Below, in pieces: positions 1-12,279 of a stretch of DNA of 64,000 nt (position 1 is its first letter; each line of letters opens with the position of its first letter). The notes below the pieces were generated by a model, which saw only the letters and a program-made list of their open reading frames with translations, was not told where the DNA came from and did no database searches. The translations under genes and the position numbers were made by a program. Origin of the DNA: Octopus sinensis (taxonomy: Eukaryota); assembly GCF_006345805.1 (NCBI RefSeq), contig NC_042999.1, positions 114,886,001-114,950,000 of the forward strand, given 5' to 3'.

Positions 1-99
1 GGTCAAAACTGCAATCATTCTTTGTCAAACTTGCATATTCTATCAAAGTGATATAACATATAAAAAATAATTTTAGACCCTGAATAATACCTATCTATC

Positions 100-156
<57 letters not shown>

Positions 157-221
157 CATACATACATACACGGACATACACATATTCATGTACACGCATG
201 TATGTATATGTGAATTGTATT

Positions 222-605
222 GGCATCCTTTCTGTCTCGGGAGACAATGGAGTTGCGCTTTCTTTTGCTTTTTTTTTTTTTTTTTAGTCTAGTCCGGCTT
301 TTATATTTCATGTCCTGATACATTTCCTGCTGTGGCTGTGTAGTCCTATCCTGGACAAACCTCCCTCTGGCAGGTACCGCAAATGTAGCGAAGACTGTTC
401 CTGGCTGGTTGTAGTGCCATAGTCTCTTGTTTACGTCTCTTCTTTCTTCCATTTCTCCTCTCTCTCTCTGTCACTCTTTTGTATTCCCTCTTTTACTGTA
501 CGTCGCCATTCTCCACGGTTGCCGGCGACTGCCTCCCAACCGCTAATATTGATGTTGCAGGCCTTCATATCCCTTTTGCAAACATCCCTTAACGTAAGAT
601 CGGTC
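222..605 (-). mobile_element. RTE-clade LINE 3' fragment
   Basis: Homologous to the 3' part of the RTE copy at 16793-17640 (gtctcgggagacaatggagttgcgc; ctgctgtggctgtgtagtcctatcctggacaaac); abuts (TA)n at its truncated 5' end. Confidence 0.75.
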
Positions 606-626
606 TATATATGTGTATATAATTAT

Positions 627-688
<62 letters not shown>

Positions 689-694
689 ATATAT

Positions 695-995
695 TACGGA
701 GATTTACTTGCATAGCAAGTGACCTGATCTGAGATCGTGTGCTGGAATGAAAACAATTGCAGCGTGAAAGGTGTTTATAAGCCATTTAAAACACACGAAA
801 CCCGTTAGATTCACTTCAACGTTTAAATTTACTTTGCCAAAATATTTTCGTCGCTTTGAGACTGCGACCTGTTCACTGACAAAATTCCGTGCAGCACGGA
901 ATTTTGTCAGTGAACAGGTCGCGGTCTCAGCCTGGTTATATTGTCGTGGCGTCTCTTATATTCCTTCTGGGCTAGTGACGCACATTGGCTGGTAA
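695..995. repeat. Short interspersed element, possibly Penelope pLTR-like, containing a 73-bp palindrome (857-929) and a degenerate hammerhead-like motif
   Basis: 36-bp inverted arms around base 893; ctgagatc-gtgtg...cacac-gaaac-ccgtta at about 729-806. Confidence 0.4.
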
Positions 996-1014
996 TATGT
1001 CATACGATTTCACC

Positions 1015-1625
1015 GTTTTGTCCACAGATTCTGCACTTATCACTTTCTGCTCTGTTGTCTACTCTGTATTTTATGTAGTTTGTTCTTGGTGCTTGCTCTT
1101 GGGCAGCACAGATTAGAGCCTCCGTTTCCAGTTTTAAATCACTTTTAGTCATCCACAGCCATCTTTTTTCTCTGTTTTATCTTCAACATCCTTTGAAATT
1201 GACCATATATTCTTTTCTTTATCCACCTATTTTCAATTTCATTCGTTTTCAATTTCTTCTATAGTGCTTTACCTTTGCAATCTTTCATCCTACACAAGCC
1301 TGACCTTCTTACTTCTAATAATAGCAGTTCTGTAGCATTTTTTACATACCATGCTATGTTGTTTTCTTCTGCTTTAATGCTGTGTTCGCATCCAATAAGT
1401 CTTCTTCCCTCTCTTTTTCTTGGTACATACAGTCTGTCTGTGTCATTTTTTGGGTGAAGTGACCCATATCTAGTTCCTTGTATTCCTGTCTAAGGTGTTT
1501 AGTTCATCTACTGTCCATACGATTACCCCTGCTTCATATCTAAGGAGTGAAACCGCCCAGGTGTTGATAGCTTCGATCTTATTCCGTCCGTTTAATTTCG
1601 ACTTAAGGATCAATCTCAGTCTGCG
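1015..1625 (-). mobile_element. R4/Dong-clade LINE remnant (end of RT to CCHC finger)
   Basis: Minus strand reads LRLILKSKLNGRNKIEAINTWAVSLLRY, HPKNDTDRLYVPRKRGRRLIGCE, WMTKSDLKLETEALICAAQEQ...DKCRIC. Confidence 0.8.
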
Positions 1626-1701
1626 CTATGATTATTATTATTATCATCCTCATCCTCATCATCATCTCATCATCATCATCATCATCATCATCATTCATCA
1701 T

Positions 1702-1733
<32 letters not shown>

Positions 1734-1994
1734 TTATTATTATTATTATTATTATTGTATTATCATTCATCATTCATCAATCATCATCATCATCCTCTTC
1801 TTTCAATTTTGTTTGCATTTCTTGCTAGGTTTTTTCCCGATAAAGGAACTCATTGTATACATTGATAGGCCATTAAAATAAACACAGCAGATTGTTCATT
1901 TACAAAGTCATGTGATAGAAAAAAGGGGGACAAAGACAGAAAGAAAAAGGAAAGAAGAAAAAATGAAAAAGAAAATAAAGGAGGAAAAGGAAAA

Positions 1995-2630
1995 AAAATT
2001 CACAGAGACAATGCTCTTCTTAATACGCGTGACGTACCAGTTAAGATAATCTTTTGCACTTCCTGTATGGATGGCAAGCTAGGGATCATCCTTAAATGAT
2101 TTTCAATTCCAAGCGCTCCTACAATCGCTGCTATTGTAACTGTCTTGAAATGCCGCATCTTTTCGATTTCAATCAGCAAATCTTTATATTTTCTGAGCTT
2201 ATCAAACTCTTTTGCCGAGATATTATGATCACAAGGTATGCTCATGTCAATCGATAAACAGATTTTTTTGTTTTGGTCTTTAACAACAATACCTGGTTTA
2301 TTTGCTTTGATGGCCCGGTCTATATGTACTGGAAAGTCCCAAAGAATCGTTACATTTTCTCCTTCAATTACAGCCTCAGGGTTTTATTAGTACCATTTGT
2401 CAGCGGTTTTGGTTTTATAATGCTGACATATTATCCAGTGTAGATATTGGCCAACTCTGTCATTTTACTCTACCGGTGCTAAAACCTTACACCTAGAGAT
2501 TAGATGGTCTACTTCTTCAGTCTCATTGTTGCGGTATCTGCACTTTGGGTTTACTCCATTTTTCATCACATTGGCTTGGTAGTTCCGGGTCAATAAGCTC
2601 TGATCTTGAGTGTCAATAAGCTTAGTATAT
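1995..2630 (-). mobile_element. R4/Dong-clade LINE 3' remnant with restriction-like endonuclease domain
   Basis: ORF 2000-2245 (IPCDHNISAKEFDKLRKYKDL...IVGALG...LRRALSL); upstream QDQSLLTRNY, VDHLISRCK and WDFPVH motifs. Confidence 0.85.
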
Positions 2631-2653
2631 CATTATTATTATTATTATTATTA

Positions 2654-2703
<50 letters not shown>

Positions 2704-2710
2704 TATTTTG

Positions 2711-2917
2711 AAGGCGAGGAGCTGGCAGAATCGTTAGCACGCCGGGCGAAATGCTTAACGATATTTCGTCTGCTGCTACGTTCGAAATTCAAATTCTGCC
2801 GAGGTCGACTTTGCCTTTCATCCTTTCGTGGTCGATAAATTAAGAACCAGTTGGAGTACTGTAATCGACTTGCCCCTCCCCCAAAATTTCAGACTTTGTG
2901 ACTATAGTAGAAAGGAT
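2711..2917 (+). mobile_element. tRNA-derived SINE, family 2
   Basis: ggcgaggagctggcagaatcgttagcac head, B-box-like gttcgaaattcaaattc, core gaggtcgactttgcctttcatcctttc, tail ending in (ATT)n. Confidence 0.85.
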
Positions 2918-2940
2918 TATTATTATTATTATTATTATTA

Positions 2941-2998
<58 letters not shown>

Positions 2999-3299
2999 GG
3001 GCCTTTTCGGTGCTGCTAAAATAAGTACCAGATGAGCACAGGGGTCGATGTAATCGACTTAACTCATTTCCCGAACTTGCTAGCCATGCGCCAAAATTTG
3101 AAATCAATATTGATATCCTTATTCATAAAACAACTAATACAGTTGATCAGAAAGAAGAACTTGATACACAGACTGCAGATTGCAAGGATTTTGCTGTTGT
3201 TGTTGCTGTTGTTGTTGTTGTTGTTGTTATTATTACAGCTGCTACTACTGTTGCTGTTGTTGTTGTTTAGCATTACGCCGGGCTTTGGCGCTCACTTAA

Positions 3300-4990
3300 G
3301 TTCAAAATCATTCAAAAGGATCGCCTTAGTTTCAGGAATAATATACTACAAAATATGTTGTCCATTGTTTTCTCATAACAGTTTGGTCATTAATTCTACT
3401 TTTGGAACTCTGGGTCTCGAAGGATATAAAGCTATAGATAATAGCAAGTACATATTGAGTTCAAAGACCCTTATGGATAGAAAAATGTCTGCTTTTGGGA
3501 CACGAACCCACATTTCCTATAGATATGACAGCATTTCTATCCAAAAGGGTTTTCAACCCAATATTTCCAGGCTACTATTTATAAGCTTTCCAAAAAAGGA
3601 ATTACAACCATTTTGAAAATATAACTTTTTGGAATAATAACCAAAATGTTTGCTTATTATTCCTATTATATCAAACGACCGTGTAGGTTTCGGGTGGTGG
3701 GGAAGCTCCCCTCTTGGATCAAGAATAAACAACAAAACAGTGATTGTTATAAAGATTAAACTAACAGCATTCTGATTTAGTGTTTCAGATTTTCTTCCTA
3801 AGTTGTGGTTATTGATATCAATAAAATCGTTTTTAATGGCTTAACAATACGTATTTTCATTAACCCATTATAATTAGTTCCGTGATAAACGACTAGTAAT
3901 TAAAAACGAATATTAACACTTCATTATTTAACGTTGAATGAAATGTTAATAATCCTCCATATTTTCTTTCGTTGTGTTTTCATTTATTTTCATTTCTTAA
4001 TTTTTTTAAACAATATTTAGAGACTAAAAGATTTGTTTTCTGTGGTTGTTGTTGTTGCTGCTATTGATGTTCTTGTTGTTGTTATTGCTGCTGTTATTGT
4101 TGCTGCTGTTGTTGTTGTTATTGCCGTTTTTGTTACTATTGTTATTGAGTTATGACGACTGTTGGCGGTGTTATTGCTGCTACTTATTAGTATCGTAGTT
4201 GTTATTATTGCTGTCTTTTCCCTTTATTGTTAATATTATGTCGGTAACGGTAGCGGCGGCGGCGGCGGCGGGTGGTGGTGCTGTTGTTTCTATCGTTGCT
4301 GTTGTCTTCTGAGAAGTTTCTTCTCAGATTGTGTTCATCATTGCCCTAAACTGTTCCTTTCCTGATGTCTGCTACGTCCCTGATCAGGAAAATGCTAAAA
4401 TATATATTGAAGATAATAAAGGAGTTATCTTTAGACAGACCAAGCGTGAGAAGTAGAACCGTTACATTTGTACCGGTCCATTCTCTGGAGGGTTGACCGT
4501 AATTAATGCTCTCGGGACAGTACCGGATACAGATAGTCAGCCCTATCATTAGTTTTGGTTGATGCGAACTGATTAGCGCCCCACCGAAGTCAGACCTCTT
4601 GCAACCCAGTCTCCGAGGTGAAGAAAGACATGGATAAATCTGCCGAGTATCGCAAACGTTTGTGCTTTCTGATTATATTATCGATGACTACCGCATCAAT
4701 TCAGTATTCAAAGGAACCATGAGCCTAAAGTTGTGTGTTGAGTAGCCTTTGTTTTGATCCTTGAAAGGACCATCCAACAGCTTTTGTCCAGAATATCTTT
4801 CTAACGTTTTGGTGAAAAAATTCTCTATGATGTGGCTCTCAGCAGAAGTCTTTCTTAAAAGTATCCGTATTCGTCTATAAATTTCACCATATTCTTGCTC
4901 CACTTCTGGAAAACGCAAAATTTGAAGAATTCGTCAGTGCGTAGTAGATTTTTTTACTATTATTTCCAAGAGATCAAATGCCAACGTAGA
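3300..4990 (-). mobile_element. Possible highly degraded L1/Tx1-like LINE remnant in two pieces (about 4650-4990 and 3300-3720), interrupted by simple repeats
   Basis: Weak motif resemblance only (CWMVLSRIKTKATQHTTLGSWF; PFWIEMLSYL*EMW); many stops. Confidence 0.2.
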
Positions 4991-5064
4991 CTCATAGAGG
5001 GTCCTTCATTGGGTCTTAAGGTTTCAATTTGTTGTTGTTATTATAGTTGTCGTTGTTGTTGTTG

Positions 5065-5283
5065 AAGGCTGTAAGCTGGATAAATTGCTAAAGCGTCAGA
5101 CAAAATGCTTAACGGCATTTCTTCCGGCTATTTAGTTTCCGAGTTCAAATTCTACCGACATCGACTTCGCCTTTAATCTTTTCCGGGTCGATGAAATAAG
5201 TACCAGTCAAGTACTGGTGTCGATATAATCGTCTATCCCACTCCCCCAAAATTTCAGGCCCTCTGCCTTTAGTAGAAAGGATT
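5065..5283 (+). mobile_element. SINE family 2 (diverged copy)
   Basis: Same head, core and tail order as 2711-2917. Confidence 0.75.
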
Positions 5284-5921
5284 GCTATTACTGTTGTTGT
5301 AGCTGCTGCTGTTGCTTATTCTTAGGATCCCAGGTGATCCCTGATTGAGCAATCCTATCATCAGTCAAGGGTACTTCAACTATGACCATCCGTTTGATTT
5401 TTGTTTTGTTTTTCTCCAGGCGTAATAATAGACTTAATCTGTTTTCAATTAACACCACCACTTGGACTTGGATTACCTTTGGCACGGTTCACTTTCTTAC
5501 AAGTATTTAGGCCAGGCCTGATCTCTAGTCTATGGACATCCTCCTTCCAGTCACATAGACCCAGTACTGCTCGTTTTCTTCTGTTTAAACCAGTCATAAG
5601 CGACTTGTGAATCGCATAACTTTCTGAATGGCACGCCTAACGAAAAATCACCTTGAACTGTTTAGTAGTGCGACCTGCCAGATGAACCATGTCTCATGCG
5701 GTCTGCTTCTCGAAAAGTTTTGCCTATGCCTTATCTAAATCAAAACTAAATCTAGTATCAGATTATTGAACATGTACTTCCTAACTTTTTAAGACGTTAA
5801 GATTTATGTGAAATTTGGTTGCTATTTCTGGCAGGTGGAAATAGAACTCGTGAATTTAGCATTCGTAAATTTTCTTAAATATTTACGAGTCTATTTCTAT
5901 TGAAAATGGCATTGGATCTGT

Positions 5922-6140
5922 TAATATTGGCTTCAGATTTTGGTACAAGGCTAATAATTTAAGGGGAAGGGGAAGTCGATTACATCGGCCCAGGTGTCCG
6001 ACTGATACATATGTATCGACCCCGAAAGGATGAAAGACAAAGTCGACATCAGCGGAATTTGAACTCAGAACATGAAGACAGACGAAATGCCGAATAGCAT
6101 TTTGGCCTGCATGCTAACGAATCTGCCAGTTCGACACCTT
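5922..6140 (-). mobile_element. SINE family 2
   Basis: Reverse complement of the core (cgaccccgaaaggatgaaagacaaagtcgac) and head (ctgccagttcgacacctt). Confidence 0.8.
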
Positions 6141-6583
6141 GGATCTGTTAACACTGAATGTTGATAATCAGGAAAAAAATGATTGGTTGAAACCTAGGAT
6201 GTATATCTGCGGTAGATGGAAGGACTCTGAGAGTTTGTTGACAATTAAGAATTATTAGCGACAGGATCTCGAAACGCGTCTCTGATTAATCGAAATCGTG
6301 TGGATTCACTATTTTTCTTTTTGCCTACATAAAAAAGTGCGTTATTGTCTCGAAGATACATGTGGTAGTTGAAATGACATTAGCGTCTATTTCTAATTTC
6401 GGTACGTGGCGAAGCAATTAGCTGACCTTTGATTATAATTAGGCATATAATTATAGAATATTCCTATATATATTATATATATATAATATATATATATATA
6501 ATATATATATATATATATTATAATATATATATTTTATTATTATTTGATGAACGCCATGCATCCATTTCCAAGTAAGTTTATGT

Positions 6584-6624
<41 letters not shown>

Positions 6625-6640
6625 CGTATGTGCGTAAATA

Positions 6641-7080
6641 AGCGCAGGCGTGGCTGTGTGGTAAGAAGCTTACTCCCCAACCTCATGGTTCGGGGTTCAG
6701 TCTCACTACATGGCACCTTGCACAAGTGTCTTCAACTATAGCCTCGGGACGACCAAAGCCTTCTGAGTGGATTTGGCAGGCGGAAACTGAAAGAAGCTGT
6801 CGTATATAATACACACACACACTCTCACACATATATATATATGTATGTATATATATATCTGTGTGTGTGTCTTTCGTGTCTGTGTTTGTCCTACCACCAC
6901 CGCTTGACAACTGTTGTTGTTGTGTTTGCGTCCCCGTAAGTTAGCGGTTCGGCTACAGAGATCGATAGCATAAGCACCAGACTTTAAAAAAAGTACTGTA
7001 GCCGATTAATTCGACTGAAAAATTCAAGGCGATGCTCCTGCATGGCCGCAGTCAAATATCTGAAACAAGTAAAGAAGAAA
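6641..7080 (+). mobile_element. tRNA-derived SINE, family 1, full length
   Basis: gcaggcgtggctgtgtggtaagaagc head, ggttcagtc B-box, ggcaccttgcacaagtgtc core, internal (CA/TA)n, 3' ggcgatgctcctgcatggccgcagtc tail. Confidence 0.85.
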
Positions 7081-7243
7081 AATACACACACACACACCAC
7101 ACACACACACACATACACTTATACAAAGGAAAAATATGAAAGTGGCAAAGAACGGAAGATGTTAAAGTAAAAATTGACTCCTTATTGCAGTTGTTATAGT
7201 TGTTGATGCGCCGCGTAGGATGAATGACTGGTTAAATAAACAA

Positions 7244-7343
7244 NNNNNNNNNNNNNNNNNNNNNNNNNNNNNNNNNNNNNNNNNNNNNNNNNNNNNNNNN
7301 NNNNNNNNNNNNNNNNNNNNNNNNNNNNNNNNNNNNNNNNNNN
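7244..7343. other. Assembly gap (100 N)
   Basis: Run of N. Confidence 1.
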
Positions 7344-7420
7344 TAAATGAATGAGAAGAGAAATGGCGAGATAATAGAACACTCATAGCAGAATTTGAAG
7401 AGAGAGAGAGAGAGAGAGAG

Positions 7421-7480
7421 AGAGACCATTGATGTGCACATGGGTCTAAGAGAGACCATTGATGTGCACATGGGTCTAAG
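7421..7480. repeat. Exact 30-bp tandem duplication after an (AG)n tract
   Basis: agagaccattgatgtgcacatgggtctaag x2. Confidence 0.95.
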
Positions 7481-7754
7481 AGAGAGTTAGAAAGAGAAAC
7501 AAGCAGACAAAAGAGAGGAGGAAAGAAAGAGAAAGGGAAAACATTGATAGTGAAAGTAGGGGGCAGGAGAGATCAAATGAGAGATGAGGGATGAAGAGAT
7601 CGAAGAGGGAAATTGCCTGTCTTCCTATAATGTGTGTATTGATATTTAATTACGTGTTCATATACTCACTCATCAACATATAATACATAAGCGCCTACAC
7701 ATATGTGGGATATATTTGGGTTTGGGAATGTGTATGCCTGTGTGTGAGAGAGAG

Positions 7755-7801
<47 letters not shown>

Positions 7802-8829
7802 ATGTGTATGTTTGTATGTGTACATGTGTGAGTGTTTGTGCGTAGACACGAGTGTTTTATATAAATATATATATATGTATGTATGTATGCTATAGATATA
7901 TATGTATATATATATACCATATATATATATATATATATATTATAGATATATATATATATCTATATATATGTGTGTGATATATATATATATATATACATAG
8001 ATATGTATATTGTTTATATATATATTGTATGTATGTATTGTATATATATATTATATCTATACCTATTATATTTTTTATAAATGTGTGTATGTGTATGTAT
8101 GTGTGTGTATGCGTACATGTATTTGTGCGTGTCGAGGGATATCAAATCATACACATCTACTCACACGTCCGTGTGGGTGGGAACATTGAAACACACATAC
8201 ACAGAAAGCCACACACAACAACACCTACACCCAAACGTCCGTCACACTCACCACTACACATCAATCTACACACTTGCTCTCACACAACACAACGCCTCCA
8301 CAATCTCTCATCCCACACCTCGTCACCACCTCCACCACATGCACCACCACCCCTACCCCAGTTTTTAACACTTAAAGCTTACTAATTAAACAGTCTATTT
8401 GAAATGCAAGTGTAAGCCATCCATGCGATACAACGTCCAATATTAATCAATACAATCATTCGCTGTTCTCTTTTCTTCATATAATACTTCTTCTGTGTTG
8501 AGAAAATACGACTCATCAAAGCAGTTCAAAGTTGTTCAGAAAAACAGAATTGGTCACTGGTAGACGGATTCCGATAGGCTATCTCCTCTGGCTTAACCAA
8601 CCATATACGACTACACACACACACATACATACGCACAAACTCCCTCTCTGCCTCTTCCTCTCCCTGTTTCTGTTTCTCTCTCACTCTCTCTTTCTGTATC
8701 TCTCTTTCTCTCTCTCCCTCTCTCCCTCTCCTTCTCTCTCTTTCTCTCTCCCCCCTCTCTCTCTCTCCTGTCGGTCGCAGATTTTGAAACAACACGCGTA
8801 TATAGCAGCTCGCATATTCTTATACATAC

Positions 8830-8875
<46 letters not shown>

Positions 8876-8946
8876 ACATTATATATATACATATGCATAT
8901 ACATATATATATATATATAATATATATATATCATATATATATATAT

Positions 8947-9348
8947 ATATATAGCAATAAGAAAATGGAGGTGATCAAGAGATGATATTCATCAACTTTT
9001 AGACATTATTTTATGTCTGTTAATTTATTTTTTAAAAACCTTATAACAATATATATATACATGTATAACATATTATGCTTTACATTTATAACATATAAAA
9101 ATATAAAAAATACCAGTAATTATTAAAATATATAACGTAGACACTATTCTACTTCCTCTGCACTACGTTATATAATTTAATAATTAGTGGTATTTTTATG
9201 TTATATATTATATATGTAACGCATATGTTATACATCTATGTATATTGTTATAATGGTTTCTAAAAAATAAATAAATAGATATAATATAATGTCTGAAAGT
9301 TGATGAATACCACCTATTGACCCTCCCCCCATTTGCTTATTGCTATAT
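8947..9348. mobile_element. Foldback MITE-like element, arms about 190 bp
   Basis: tatagcaataagaaaatgg...tataacgtag versus ctacgttatata...ccatttgcttattgctata; about 22-bp spacer. Confidence 0.75.
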
Positions 9349-9636
9349 AAATTAAGGGTAAAACAACATTTTACCCTCACCCATTTATTACATTCAGTAG
9401 TATAATTTCCATGCAATAAAAAAACACTTGTGTATTAATAATTGGGTATTCTACTAGCAGTATATTGGATAGATATTATCCCTTAGTTGGTTTGATTCAC
9501 AACCTCTAACTCTCTGGGAATTTATATATGTATGTATATATATATACACTACACGCACGCACTTTTAAGCATGCAGATCAGTTATGTTTCCTTCGCTATA
9601 TATAAATATATATTCGCACATACTTATACACGCACA

Positions 9637-9683
<47 letters not shown>

Positions 9684-9695
9684 TGTGTGTGTGTG

Positions 9696-9814
9696 AAAAG
9701 AGACCGATACAATAAGTGCTAGACTTACAAAGAATAAGTCCAGGTTCGATTTGTTCAGCTAAAGGCGGTGCTCCAGCATGGCCGCAGTCAAATGACTGAA
9801 ACAAGTAAAAGAAT
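9696..9814 (+). mobile_element. SINE family 1, 3' part
   Basis: aaggcggtgctccagcatggccgcagtcaaatgactgaaacaagtaaaagaata. Confidence 0.85.
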
Positions 9815-9916
9815 ATATGTATATGTATGTATATATAAACTTCAAAGTCATTGTCACCACGCTTGTAAAAGAATTATATACATTGGCCGTGCATAGAGGA
9901 AACACCACACACAGTG

Positions 9917-9990
<74 letters not shown>

Positions 9991-10041
9991 CAAAAGAGGA
10001 GGTATATTTCCACGCAGAAAAAATATAGGAAAATTCGTTGT

Positions 10042-10424
10042 TGAAAATGCAACTGAATTTGAAAAACTTGTAATTGTTTCTAAATAAATTCATTTACATA
10101 CATACCAAACTAGTTTCAACAATATTTTTTGTTTATGAATGGTACAAATCTAAAATTATGAATTAGAAATGCGTGTTTAAAAGATTCAATGTTTACAAGT
10201 TTCAATAATATACTTATTGAATATTATTGAATGTTATGAATATTTAAATCACATTTGATATTATCGAAACTTGTGAACAATTGAATCTTTTAAACACGTT
10301 TTTCTAATTCATAATTTTAAATTTTTACCATTGATAAGCAAAAAATATTGTTGAAACTAATTTGGTATGTATGTAAATAAATTATTTAAAAGCAATTACA
10401 AATTTTCAAATTTAGTTGCATTTT

Positions 10425-10426
<2 letters not shown>
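10042..10426. mobile_element. Foldback MITE-like element, arms about 170 bp
   Basis: aaaatgcaactgaatttgaaaa...caagtttcaataata versus tattatcgaaacttg...aaatttagttgcatttt. Confidence 0.75.
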
Positions 10427-10482
<56 letters not shown>

Positions 10483-10718
10483 ATATATATATTATAATAT
10501 ATATATATTATATCAATGGGTGAATGAATTATCCTATGTTTACCGTTAACATGGAAACTTCAATGAACCGTTACCAGGGCAGCAAATTCACGTCAGAAAC
10601 ACGGTTGAAGCGACGTATCCAAAGGTAGAAACTCCGGGTTAATGTGCAGTAATTTGTGTGTTATAGACGAATAGGTAAATAAATGGAGTTGAACGAAGAT
10701 GTTAATAACATTCTTTTA

Positions 10719-10795
10719 CTTTCGACATATGTTTCGAAGACAACATGGTTTTATTCCAATAAACGGTGTAAGATGCAATCTTCCCATCAGGAAAG
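10719..10795 (-). ncRNA. Minimal Type I hammerhead ribozyme motif with an A9G core change
   Basis: ctttc CTGATGG gaaga...tcttc GAAAC atat GTC gaaag; stems I, II and III all pair. Confidence 0.6.
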
Positions 10796-10874
10796 AAAGA
10801 GAGCCTCTCTCAACAAGACATTATAACAATTATTTATCTATTCGTCTATATTTACACACACACACATACACACA

Positions 10875-11257
10875 CATGTACCGAATCTCTTATCCGGAAT
10901 CCAGAAATCCGGCTATTTTTGAAACTGGCTTGCTTTGAATTTCGCATGTTGAAGTAGTTCGCCGCGCGGCTGCTTTCTTATACTGAAGTTGGTTAATTTT
11001 TCATACTGTACGATGTGTCTTAACAATTTTGTTCTTTATTTTTTTAAGTGGATTAATCATACTCTTCCTCAAGCATTCTCTGCTTCAAAAGTGTATTATT
11101 TTGTACCTGTATCTCCCAAATATAATTATATTCTTCACTTTTCATTGTTTATTTTATATTTTCGGTATATATTTAGCCTGTGACCAGAAATTTGGAAAAT
11201 CCAGAAATCCGGACCACCTTCGATCCCAAGGTAACCGGATAAGAGGTTCAGTACCTG
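10875..11257. mobile_element. Tc1/pogo(Tigger)-like MITE
   Basis: About 23-bp imperfect TIRs (catgtaccgaatctcttatccgg / ccggataagaggttcagtacctg), TA at right flank, subterminal aatccagaaatccgg twice. Confidence 0.7.
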
Positions 11258-11274
11258 TATATATATATATATAT

Positions 11275-11390
11275 ATACTTTATTTAAAGCAGCAGAAAAT
11301 TCAACAAAACCTGTTACTCTGAGTTTTCCGTTGCCGTTCATCGGAGTTTTATCATGGCTACCGAATAATTGTTACATAATATTTACAGAT

Positions 11391-11446
<56 letters not shown>

Positions 11447-11650
11447 GTATCTGTGAATATAATATGTAACAATTATTCGGTAGCCATGATAAAACTCCGA
11501 GTTTCATTTTCATAGCACTGTTTCGATGGCCGGATAACTGAAGAGATGGTGGCGTGGGTTTCCGCCCAGACATCCGAAACTCGGAGTTTTATCATGGCTA
11601 CCGAATAATTGTCACATATTATATTTACAGATAAATTCCTCTATTTACAT
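11275..11650. repeat. Penelope pLTR-like repeat complex: direct, inverted, direct copies of an about 55-bp segment
   Basis: tcggagttttatcatggctaccgaataattg at 11341 and 11581, reverse complement at about 11447-11500. Confidence 0.65.
11527..11600 (+). ncRNA. Type I hammerhead ribozyme candidate, intact core
   Basis: gataa CTGAAGA gatg...catc c GAAAC t cgg a GTT ttatc; stem I extends via tggcc/ggcta. Confidence 0.6.
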
Positions 11651-11718
11651 AATATCGAGGTCTCTTTCATTCTTTTGATGCTTTACCATTTCTCTACATA
11701 TATATATATATATATATA

Positions 11719-12047
11719 CAGTGTACATTTAAACACATAAGAGATGGGCATAATAAGATATCTAACACGCTAGAAGGAGTAGTATAAATCCAAACCAATA
11801 TTAGTTGTAATTTTGAAGGGACTGAAAAATAAAAACATTTACCACCTTTCTCCTGGACCATGGTTTCAAACTGTATCTAACACATTACTTTATTTGCTAA
11901 ATAGAGTTTGAAAACATGGTAAATGTTTTTAAATGTTTTTATTTTTCATTCCCTTCAAAATTACAATAGTGGTTTGGATTTTTACTACTCTTACTAGCGT
12001 GTTAGATGTCCTATTATGGTCATCTCTTATGCCTTTAAATGTACACG
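11719..12047. mobile_element. TA-flanked foldback MITE
   Basis: gtgtacatttaaa...aaaaacatttacc versus ggtaaatgtttt...tttaaatgtacac; inner arms accatggtttcaaact/agtttgaaaacatggt. Confidence 0.8.
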
Positions 12048-12091
12048 TAGTTATATGAATAATATATAGTCTATTGATTATATATAATATA

Positions 12092-12131
<40 letters not shown>

Positions 12132-12139
12132 TACATACA

Positions 12140-12173
<34 letters not shown>

Positions 12174-12279
12174 TTACACACACACACACACACCCACCCC
12201 CCCACACCACGCCACACACACCACCCACACACACACACATATATATATATATATTATATATATATATATATTATATAAA

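Noticed and set aside
3032-3616. 194-aa ORF with poly-Leu
   Set aside because: Runs through a SINE fragment, a (GTT)n tract and probable antisense LINE remnant
5325-5364. Minus-strand ctgatga-taggat...atccta
   Set aside because: Followed by agaat rather than GAAA; no stem I or III
6641-6720. tRNA gene
   Set aside because: A/B-box-like head is followed by SINE core and LINE-derived tail; no full cloverleaf
7162-7471. ORFs spanning 7244-7343
   Set aside because: Artefacts of the N gap
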